From the IMG/VR virus record IMGVR_UViG_3300049489_001303, positions 96,001 through 160,000 of that record: DNA of 64,000 nt, one strand, 5' to 3'. The position numbers were made by a program, and so were the translations under genes. Origin of the DNA: a virus. The notes beneath the pieces are model-generated. The model was not told the DNA's origin and made no database searches. It saw only the letters and a program-made list of their open reading frames with translations. Shown piece by piece: positions 1 through 7,970 of this stretch; positions within the stretch are counted from its first letter, which is position 1, and each line of letters opens with the position of its first letter.

Positions 1-1
1 A

Positions 2-844
2 GAGCTAGGGGAACACGTTACTGCCTATCGGCCCGGCCGCAGGATTGTAGACGCTGTAAAACGCCACATCCCCGCCTGCCCGATATGTGATAGGCCTGAC
101 CCCTGGTTGCATCAAACGCATTCGTGTCCCCGTGACGGATCCTCGATACATCTGGACCTCAAGAATTTCTTCAACAGCACCCGACGGGCGTGGGTCAGGG
201 GATACTTCAAGAGCCTGGGTTATGGTCATACCGCGGCCAGCTACATGGCTTCTCTGTGTACCTGTGTTCTCAAAGAGAATCCGGATCGTTGGGGGGTTCC
301 GCAAGGGTCCCCTCTGTCGGGAGCCATCTGTAATCTGGTGGCGGACAGCCGCCTGGATCCGGGGATCCTGAAATACTTAGAGACCCTCAATAAGTCTCCG
401 CGCTATCAAGGATCCTTCCAGTGGGTGTATTCCCGCTACTCCGACGACCTTGCATTCACTTGTGGTCACTCACTAACAAAATCAGAGATCAAGGATTTCC
501 TCAGAGATATTTGCCGTCTTATACGAAAAGCCGGATACGACGTAAACATCCAGAAAACACGATGGACACATCGTGGTTGGAGAAAGCATCTGCTTGGTGT
601 GAATATGAATCAGTCCGTAAACCCCGACCCGTACCTGTACAAGAAAGTACGTGGGATACTTCATCGCTGCAGCAAAACCAGCCTTGAAGAGCAAAGTGCT
701 CTGGCAAAAGAGCTTCATGACATCGACGACCTGCCATCATGGCTTATGGGGCAGATCAATTGGATAGCCCAGCTGAACCCCGTTAAGGGTGATCGCCTGA
801 AGACCCTGTATCAGTCCCTGAAAACAAAAGAAGGTGATGCATGA
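2..844 (+). CDS. Retron-like reverse transcriptase, 5'-truncated by the window edge
   Basis: The frame is open from position 2 (ELGEHVTAYRPGRRIVDAVKRH...), so the TTG at 107 is not the real start. Motifs are HLDLKNFFNS, GVPQGSPLSGAICNL, YSRYSDDLAFT, NIQKT..KHLLGVNMN and a retron-type C-terminus (KVRGILH..LMGQINWIAQLNP). Confidence 0.92.
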   Translation, partial: ELGEHVTAYRPGRRIVDAVKRHIPACPICDRPDPWLHQTHSCPRDGSSIHLDLKNFFNSTRRAWVRGYFKSLGYGHTAASYMASLCTCVLKENPDRWGVPQGSPLSGAICNLVADSRLDPGILKYLETLNKSPRYQGSFQWVYSRYSDDLAFTCGHSLTKSEIKDFLRDICRLIRKAGYDVNIQKTRWTHRGWRKHLLGVNMNQSVNPDPYLYKKVRGILHRCSKTSLEEQSALAKELHDIDDLPSWLMGQINWIAQLNPVKGDRLKTLYQSLKTKEGDA

Positions 845-2208
845 TGCTGTCAACAATGTTTACCATCGCCACTCCTCGAGAGGACAGCTGGAGGAGTCCC
901 ACGCTGTTACTGTTCTTCGATAGTGAACACTCTTTCCCCGGGGAAGGAGAGTTGCTCGACGAGGTCGCAGAGATCGTCAAGGATGAGGCCTTCCAGAAAG
1001 TATTCCCAGAAGGTGCCTACTTCAGGCTATGCGTAGAGTGCAGCGGGGATGACGATGTCATCATTGCGGAGAACCCCCCGAGCAAACGGCTGATCGGGGA
1101 TATGGAAAATGGGAACAAACTTACCCTGATCCATTGGGACCCTTCAGGGGGTCTGGAAGTGGTACTACTCGAGGACGTTTACTACTCCTGCAAGAACCCT
1201 GTGCGTACGCTGATGGGCTGCCAGGAGTGTGTTAAAGATCTGGAGCAGAGCCGGCGTCGGAGTCTGTACGATGACGACGAGAAGAAGGAGCCCGAGTTGC
1301 CCCGCTGCCGGATAGCACATGATGCTTATGGACCTGTACAGGGCAGTCTTCCAGCCAAAGAGAGCCTCGAGCTTTTCCAGAACAGGAGGAGCGTCATGGC
1401 ATCTTACACCTACATTTCTCCAAAGCTCACTACTGAGGATGAGTATGTATCGACGAAAACACTGCGGCCTCCGAGTAAGCACAACTTCTACAGCGTGGAC
1501 GAGAACAGCATAAAGGTCGGTGATGCGCTGCGGGAACGTGGAAGGCGCAATGTCTTCCGTAAATCTGACTGCAATCGTTGCCCCATGGAGGATGCCTGCA
1601 AGAAGGTTCACGGAGGCCTCACCTGTGCCAGATGGTGCGAGGGGCGTTACATAGAAACGGACGAGGAAATGCTGCTGAAGCTATCCTCAAGGGGTTACTG
1701 GAATCAGTGGACTGATCCGCAACTCCTGGCTATCCTGAGTAACTCCGGGGAACGGGCAAAGCGTTACAAGCGCTACATCACCTGGCTGACTCTGCAAAAG
1801 GACGGTTCTGTGGCTCTCAAATACGCCCGCACCGGGAAGGTCATCGAAGAAATGACAGACTGGGAAGACGTTGAGTACTACATCAAAGAGGAGAACGAAT
1901 ACTTCGATTTCTCGGTATTCAAAGACCGTGTGGTAGACAAGACCCTGCGTGGCAAACTGGCTGCGGCACTATACCACCCAGAAAGCCCCCGGATACGCTG
2001 CACAATGGGTTCTACCAGCTACCCCACAATAGGTGTTTCTCTGGGGTACAACGGGACGGTTGTTACCCGTCACATCAACTCCCACGGTGATCGTTTGAGG
2101 CATCCCACCTACACTTATGACTCCGCCGCAGATCTGCTCCTGTATTATAACAATCTTCCGGGTATATTCACCCAGGAGACCTCGCCGAACAAATTGTATG
2201 GTAGTTAG
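841..2208 (+). CDS. Cys-rich hypothetical protein, putative RT partner
   Basis: 455-aa ORF with an ATGA overlap on the RT stop. Cys clusters are CKNPVRTLMGCQEC and CNRCPMEDAC-x8-CARWC. Confidence 0.8.
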   Translation: MMLSTMFTIATPREDSWRSPTLLLFFDSEHSFPGEGELLDEVAEIVKDEAFQKVFPEGAYFRLCVECSGDDDVIIAENPPSKRLIGDMENGNKLTLIHWDPSGGLEVVLLEDVYYSCKNPVRTLMGCQECVKDLEQSRRRSLYDDDEKKEPELPRCRIAHDAYGPVQGSLPAKESLELFQNRRSVMASYTYISPKLTTEDEYVSTKTLRPPSKHNFYSVDENSIKVGDALRERGRRNVFRKSDCNRCPMEDACKKVHGGLTCARWCEGRYIETDEEMLLKLSSRGYWNQWTDPQLLAILSNSGERAKRYKRYITWLTLQKDGSVALKYARTGKVIEEMTDWEDVEYYIKEENEYFDFSVFKDRVVDKTLRGKLAAALYHPESPRIRCTMGSTSYPTIGVSLGYNGTVVTRHINSHGDRLRHPTYTYDSAADLLLYYNNLPGIFTQETSPNKLYGS

Positions 2209-2211
2209 TTC

Positions 2212-3141
2212 TTAAATCGTGGAGAAGTCGAAGCCGGGGCAGACAGCAATAATGTCTGCCTTGGCTTTGGCTTCTTCTTTTTCTGAGGCCTTCAAATTTT
2301 GCTCAGCCGCGATGCGCTCCTCGACCGCTGTGGCATAGTCCTCTTTGAAGACATGAAGTTGAGCTCGCCAGGTATCGAGCTGAGCACGGCAATAAGCTCT
2401 GTATGTCTCAATGTCACCTGTGACCGTGCCTTCCCCGGAAGTCCACAGCGCCGCAGCGTCTCCTTCATCCACATCTTCGGAAGTCAAGTGGGGGATCAAC
2501 TTGCTGTTGTGGTAGGTATTCAGGAGTGTGATAAACCCGATGTCGTTGCCCGAGTGTGATTCTTTCTTGAGGAACACCACACTGTAGTACCAGGCATCAA
2601 CGAGCTTCTGAGCATAGCTCATGTCCTTGACAGCACCGTCTACAGTCAGAAGCGCCTGGGCCAGAGCTGTATTCGCCGCGGCGTGGTCGTCACGGGCTGT
2701 GGTGTACGCCGTTTTAAGATTGTCGGCTACGGTCTCAGAGCCATTGGGGAAGACCATGCTGGTGTCGCTGGACTGGAATGCAGCATTGTAGTCCACCCAA
2801 CCTTTTGCCAAATCATTGATGCGCTCTGTCAGGGTGGCCTTCGCCTGTATCGCAATGTCCAGCGTGGGATATGTAAGACTGACAGTGCTGGAAATATACT
2901 GAGACTGCTCAGCGTGCACCGCCTGGTGGCGACTGAATTTCAGAGTCTGTACGTCGATGGGGGTGGCCACTCGGGCGAAGGTATCTTTGTCGATACGCTC
3001 CTTGCGCACGATGTTGTACACGAAGACGCCCGCCTCGGGGAGCTCCCCCTTCGCCGATACCGCAGCATCGATTTTGTACAGGGGGCTCCCATCAGTGTTC
3101 TGACTGCCGTAGCAGTTGTATGAGACGATCGTATAGTCCAT
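2212..3141 (-). CDS. Hypothetical virion-region protein with a C-terminal coiled coil
   Basis: 309-aa ORF at the end of the minus-strand structural block; its N-terminal domain resembles 3145-3675. Confidence 0.75.
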   Translation of the reverse strand: MDYTIVSYNCYGSQNTDGSPLYKIDAAVSAKGELPEAGVFVYNIVRKERIDKDTFARVATPIDVQTLKFSRHQAVHAEQSQYISSTVSLTYPTLDIAIQAKATLTERINDLAKGWVDYNAAFQSSDTSMVFPNGSETVADNLKTAYTTARDDHAAANTALAQALLTVDGAVKDMSYAQKLVDAWYYSVVFLKKESHSGNDIGFITLLNTYHNSKLIPHLTSEDVDEGDAAALWTSGEGTVTGDIETYRAYCRAQLDTWRAQLHVFKEDYATAVEERIAAEQNLKASEKEEAKAKADIIAVCPGFDFSTI

Positions 3142-3144
3142 CGG

Positions 3145-3675
3145 TTAGACCTCTTCCGGGTATGTGTGGCTATCGGTGCCTTCGAACGCTGCCTTGTACT
3201 CGTAGTAGGCTGGCTGTAACAGCGATATGCGGCTGAGGGTGTACGCGGCACAATCCTCCGCCGTCTGCAGAGACAGACTGGATTGCACAGCCTCGTCCAA
3301 ACGGTAGTAATGAGCCCCATCCTGAACCGCCAGAGATTTACTGGCCGGGTAGGTGTCCATGTCATACACTGTCGCCACATGCTGGTAACTGTCATCCACC
3401 ACCGAAAAAACAAAGATCTCTGCGGCAATACCCAGGGTTTCCGTGACGGTGGTTGTCACTCGATAGACATCCCCTGCCGTGGTAGCACGCACTTGCTCTA
3501 CAGTTATACGTACGGGTGTAGGCGCAGTGTCGTCCACGTACAGCCCATTAACAGGCAAAGCTGTGCGGGATGTAGGTAGCGTAGAAATGTCAGTGGGGGT
3601 GGAAAGCCTTACAGGATAGTCCTGCAACGGGTCGTCCACTACCAGAACCTTGTATGTTACGGGTGTATAGCTCAT
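3145..3675 (-). CDS. Hypothetical virion-region protein
   Basis: 176-aa ORF, tightly packed, with an ATGA overlap on the upstream gene. Confidence 0.75.
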   Translation of the reverse strand: MSYTPVTYKVLVVDDPLQDYPVRLSTPTDISTLPTSRTALPVNGLYVDDTAPTPVRITVEQVRATTAGDVYRVTTTVTETLGIAAEIFVFSVVDDSYQHVATVYDMDTYPASKSLAVQDGAHYYRLDEAVQSSLSLQTAEDCAAYTLSRISLLQPAYYEYKAAFEGTDSHTYPEEV

Positions 3676-4367
3676 GGGTATTCGTAGACCTCTACCTCGG
3701 CCCCACCGGACTCGTAGGTTGAATTATCATAGGCTTTCACGAGATCCCAGGCATCGGAATCTGCACTGATGCGCCATGCTTTTGCCGCCGCCAAGTCCTC
3801 TTCAAAAGTCATAAGACCCGTAGATGCCCGGTAGGCTGTAACAGACGGGGTAGCAGAATAATCCCGGTTAGCTGTCCCGTCGGACCCCTGACATATGATT
3901 GTTTCCCCCCTCCTCACTGTGTAAGACATACCTCTGCCGTATGCCGGGAAGGGGGTAGCTACTTTAACACGGAATTGATTGCTGAGGTCCAGCTCGAGAA
4001 CTGTCGCACCGTAAGCTGTACTGGCAGGGTGTAACTCATAAACTACCCAGCGCTCCGGTATCTGCTCTGCTGGGATATTAATAACATCCCCCACCGCTAT
4101 GTCCTCAAGAGCTTCAGATTCGAAGTAGTTAACCGTCGCCGGCAATTCCAAAAGCACACCGCCGGACACGATCTCTGCGTAAGTTCCCACCCCGCGGATC
4201 CTCTCATCAGCATCCATGGACCCCGGCGTGACTACCAAGCAGGTCTGTAGAGCCGTGGGGGTAGTGAGGCCTTCCACCGTGGTGTCTACGGTAGCCCGCA
4301 TGAAATAATTAGTCTTGTCGCTATCTGTTTTGGGCTCGTAAGTAATCTGGATTCTTGATGTTGCCAT
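3672..4367 (-). CDS. Hypothetical virion-region protein
   Basis: 231-aa ORF, first of a three-gene minus-strand unit. Confidence 0.75.
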   Translation of the reverse strand: MATSRIQITYEPKTDSDKTNYFMRATVDTTVEGLTTPTALQTCLVVTPGSMDADERIRGVGTYAEIVSGGVLLELPATVNYFESEALEDIAVGDVINIPAEQIPERWVVYELHPASTAYGATVLELDLSNQFRVKVATPFPAYGRGMSYTVRRGETIICQGSDGTANRDYSATPSVTAYRASTGLMTFEEDLAAAKAWRISADSDAWDLVKAYDNSTYESGGAEVEVYEYP

Positions 4368-4413
4368 AGTTTACTCTTGACTGTTAAAGGGTTTCCCTGT
4401 TCAATAGTAACCT

Positions 4414-5001
4414 ATGAACAACCCCAATACAAGCGCTAAGCACTACATCGGTGTGGACCCCTCACTGAACGGAACAGGGCTGGCGGTGCTGACAGATATG
4501 GGCGGCGTTTTCAAGAGGGCCACTCTGCTGATTGCACCACACAAGAGCCTCACAGAGACTGCCAAGCTCCTTTATATCTACCGCACCGCTACCGAGTGGC
4601 TCACAGCGATCATCGCAGAGGGCGCCTTCCCAGTGGCCTGCATGGAAGGACCCTCCTACGGCAGCGTTGGGCGACAGGACATCCTGGGGGAGGTGAGGGG
4701 TGTCCTGAAGCTGGTTCTCTGCCAGCTCCACGCCGCGCCCATTATCATACTGGCCCCCGCTACCCTGAAGAAGTTCGCCTCAGGATACGGCGCCGCGGAC
4801 AAAGAACAGGTGGGCGCCGGCATGAGGACCTTCGGCTGGTTCGCCCACAGCTCCGACGAATACGACGCCGCGGCCCTGGCCGAATACTGCTATGCCCAAC
4901 GGAATGAGAACGCCACCCTGACCCGCCCCCAGCGCGAAGCTCTCAATCCAAAAAAGAAACCAACCCGCCGGTGGACAAAGTCCAAAGGCATCAACATCTG
5001 A
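4414..5001 (+). CDS. ruvC: RuvC-like Holliday junction resolvase
   Basis: YIGVDPSLNGTGLAVL, CMEGPSYG, LGEVRGVLKL, PATLKKFASGYGAADKEQV and SDEYDAAALA; the catalytic acidic residues are present. Confidence 0.88.
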   Translation: MNNPNTSAKHYIGVDPSLNGTGLAVLTDMGGVFKRATLLIAPHKSLTETAKLLYIYRTATEWLTAIIAEGAFPVACMEGPSYGSVGRQDILGEVRGVLKLVLCQLHAAPIIILAPATLKKFASGYGAADKEQVGAGMRTFGWFAHSSDEYDAAALAEYCYAQRNENATLTRPQREALNPKKKPTRRWTKSKGINI

Positions 5002-5014
5002 CGAGGTATAAATC

Positions 5015-5200
5015 ATGGGATTAACGTGCGACATGTTCGAGTGCAAAGAAGAGATCGGCCCGGATGGTATTGTGCTGCGCCACAAAGGCGACTCCTTTGT
5101 GATCTGCTCCAGTTGTGTCTCTGAGAGCAAGCAACTGAAGGTCATTCTGAAGAGGGACAAAGATGGTGTGTTTGAGGTTGCGGAGATGGTGGGAAGCTAA
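5015..5200 (+). CDS. Small Zn-finger-like protein
   Basis: 61 aa with CDMFEC...ICSSC and a GAGGT RBS upstream. Confidence 0.65.
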   Translation: MGLTCDMFECKEEIGPDGIVLRHKGDSFVICSSCVSESKQLKVILKRDKDGVFEVAEMVGS

Positions 5201-5214
5201 ACCGATAGCCTCAG

Positions 5215-7458
5215 CTATACAATGGGGCTGCCGCTAATGGGATACCAGTAGTCCGAGAGATAAACCCCGTCGCCACGTAAAAATAAACCGCCAGTTTTTT
5301 TGGCCAAGACACATTCACTGGTGGGACCCGATCCACTTTCATTCTGTATCTGAAGCGTATAATCGGCGCTGTTATTTACGATAACTACCAATGTCCCGCT
5401 GGCTCCATCGAGGCGGAGGACGGCATTTCCGAACGTATTAGTCACGACAACAGTGTTAGCGTGTGTACCTTCCAATAACGAATAGCTGCTTGGGGAGCTT
5501 GTGATATCTGTAGTGGCTACACTGCCCACATTCAGTTGCCCCGATAGCCCTATATACTGTGCGTTGATATCCAGCGTGGTAGCTACTTTGGATCCTGAAT
5601 AAACTGCGGGTCTGGTGCGCTGTGTTACACTTATCTCCGCGCCCGTGGCCCAGGCGGAAGAATAGACACCCTTAAACTGTATCCGGCCTAAGACATCTGC
5701 ACTACCTGTATCTGTCACAGCCCCTGTGTCACTCGCGGACTTACACAGAGCTAACGTGGACGTCTCAGCGTTATTTGTAGCATAGGTGGCCAAACGGTTC
5801 TCGAGGGGGCACTGTACGCTGGACAAATCTAAGCCGTACACGGTAGTGGTTGCTGGATCGAAATAAAGGGTCGAAGACGCTGCCACCGAACCCTTGAACA
5901 GGGTTAATTCTTGACCGTCACGCAATGCCGCGTCGGTATTGATTCGAGCATAAAATCCTCGCACTCCCGTTCCCGAGGGCATGTCGCTATTTACTGAAAC
6001 CGTACAATAAGCCCCGGTGATATACGCAGAGGTAAGCCCCGTGGCATCACTGATAGTGGTAGTGCTTCGGAAAGCGTGATTCGTATAGTGCGTAGCATCC
6101 GAGGGTATATCTACAGTGCCTACGATGTTGAGGCCATTTACGGCATTATTAGCGTAAAGTGTTGTGCCATAAAGAGACGCTTGCCATCCCCCTGTAAAGT
6201 TTGTAACAGCACTGTGTGTCCAAACCCCCGTAACAGTCTCCGCCGCGTTCAAGCTGCCTTTGTTGTTGATCTTGCTGCAGATAGCTTGTATCTGGGCCAC
6301 CAAGGGGTTAGCACTCAGACTGATCGGGTCCGCTGTAATAAAGGGCCCTGTGGGGTTGTAGGCTGCCTGTTGAGTAACATCAGCATACCCATTAATTCTC
6401 CTCACCGTCGAATCGGACTCTCCGAAATAAACCGGATTAGCCACCGTCACAGTATCCGTAACGATGGTGCCGTCCAACCAGTAGAGTGCTGTGCCGATCC
6501 GCTTTACCAGGGGGATGGCGAGGGGGATGAGTTCAGGCTCATCATTGGTGTAGAACAAGTAGCCCTTGCCCGCCGTACCAACGGAACAGTAGTTGGGGCG
6601 GCAAAGCCTGCGATCTTCCAACGTGTCAAAAGCTATACCGATGGTATCGCCATCGCGAGTGGCGTCGAACTCATTGCCGCTCATCTCTACAAACGCCTTA
6701 AGAGTAGAGGCAAGCAGGAAATGCATTTCCCTCTCCGCAGTGCCCCCAAACGCGTAATCTTCATCACCCCCAGTGGGAAGGGTGATATCAGGATTTGTAC
6801 CTACGGATGGTACAAAGGATAGCCCGGCGTCACCCAACGTTGTGCATAACGCGATAGCTGCTACCAAGTCATCAAATGTCACCGTAGTAGCCGGCTTCAA
6901 AGAAATAGTGGTGACATGCGGCGCATAACCAGAAGTAGTAACAAGACACTTTTCCGACTGTCCAGGTGTTTCTACCCAAAGGATTCGCGTACGATTAGCT
7001 GACGTGGTAAGGGCTGTAGTGGCGGTGCCCGCATGCCTCGTCGTACGGAATGTCGCCGTGGCCAGTGTGGGGCCCGTTCCAAAAGTATACACCTTACTCT
7101 CTACTTTGTCCGCAGGGGGCGTATTCAAAGGCTGTATTACAATATTAGACCCAACCTCCAGTAATCCCAGCGTCGGATTCCAAAGACTGACCGTGGGGAG
7201 GGTCGCAGCGCTGGCGCCAGCGGCCGTACCACCCCCAATAATCCACTTCATATCCGCGTCGGCGCGGTACAGACCATTCTCGACGAGATCCCGAAGGATC
7301 TGCACGCGGTTCTGGAGATTGACGCCGGGGCGTTTAAGAACTACAGACCTTACAGGTTCTCCGGGGTTACTCGGGAGGATGGCGGCATCGTCGTTCTCCC
7401 CAGTATCTCCACCAACAAGAAGTCCACCAGTAAAATCCACCAACTGTTTCTCGGTCAT
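5215..7458 (-). CDS. Baseplate-attached tail fibre-like protein
   Basis: 747 aa, Thr/Gly/Ser- and beta-rich, directly downstream of the baseplate genes. Confidence 0.6.
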   Translation of the reverse strand: MTEKQLVDFTGGLLVGGDTGENDDAAILPSNPGEPVRSVVLKRPGVNLQNRVQILRDLVENGLYRADADMKWIIGGGTAAGASAATLPTVSLWNPTLGLLEVGSNIVIQPLNTPPADKVESKVYTFGTGPTLATATFRTTRHAGTATTALTTSANRTRILWVETPGQSEKCLVTTSGYAPHVTTISLKPATTVTFDDLVAAIALCTTLGDAGLSFVPSVGTNPDITLPTGGDEDYAFGGTAEREMHFLLASTLKAFVEMSGNEFDATRDGDTIGIAFDTLEDRRLCRPNYCSVGTAGKGYLFYTNDEPELIPLAIPLVKRIGTALYWLDGTIVTDTVTVANPVYFGESDSTVRRINGYADVTQQAAYNPTGPFITADPISLSANPLVAQIQAICSKINNKGSLNAAETVTGVWTHSAVTNFTGGWQASLYGTTLYANNAVNGLNIVGTVDIPSDATHYTNHAFRSTTTISDATGLTSAYITGAYCTVSVNSDMPSGTGVRGFYARINTDAALRDGQELTLFKGSVAASSTLYFDPATTTVYGLDLSSVQCPLENRLATYATNNAETSTLALCKSASDTGAVTDTGSADVLGRIQFKGVYSSAWATGAEISVTQRTRPAVYSGSKVATTLDINAQYIGLSGQLNVGSVATTDITSSPSSYSLLEGTHANTVVVTNTFGNAVLRLDGASGTLVVIVNNSADYTLQIQNESGSGPTSECVLAKKTGGLFLRGDGVYLSDYWYPISGSPIV

Positions 7459-7466
7459 ATCGGCTC

Positions 7467-7970
7467 CTAAGACTGCAGCGCCATGCCCAGCTGCCAGTTA
7501 TACGTTACGCTCATATCCGCCCCGATAATTATGTCTGTATGGATCTGACGGGCGTACAGCGCAGAATCATCTGCCGTCACCAGCCCCGCCTCACACAGTA
7601 CAGTCCCGTCGGGTAAGTCACCAGCCTCGATCGTGGCTGTGACGTTGATTGTGAAGCTGGAGTTTTCCACCTCTACAGTGGTTCCGTAATTGAGAGCAGG
7701 GGATTCCCACACAGGGACACCCCACCCGCTTATTGTGTCATTGGGGGTGGGTCGTAAGGGGCTGGAGCCAGCAATCAGCTTGCCCAGACGCTTTTCAGCA
7801 AAAACAATCGCCGGATCCGGTGCAAACAGGTGCAGCAGATTCAAGCGACCTTCATTGGTGATCTGGTTCTTTTTGGTTACCGAAAAAACCTTGACCGGGC
7901 TACCAGTTGAGTGGTCGTGCACCGTCAGGCTGAAGTTTCCAAAAAGGGTTATTCCGTCTTTTGCGTTCAT
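7467..7970 (-). CDS. Tail collar/fibre attachment-like protein
   Basis: NQITNEGR...LCEAGL...LYAR...SVTYNWQL pattern typical of phage tail-collar fibre N-terminal domains. Confidence 0.65.
   Translation of the reverse strand: MNAKDGITLFGNFSLTVHDHSTGSPVKVFSVTKKNQITNEGRLNLLHLFAPDPAIVFAEKRLGKLIAGSSPLRPTPNDTISGWGVPVWESPALNYGTTVEVENSSFTINVTATIEAGDLPDGTVLCEAGLVTADDSALYARQIHTDIIIGADMSVTYNWQLGMALQS

Noticed and set aside
2-900. RT as a group II intron-encoded protein
   Set aside because: The C-terminus is short and retron-like with no maturase/HNH extension. The next gene overlaps the stop codon, leaving no room for intron domains V/VI.
4377-4405. Sigma70 promoter for ruvC (TTGACT-17-TTCAAT)
   Set aside because: The -10 lacks the near-invariant A at position 2, so it is too weak to call.
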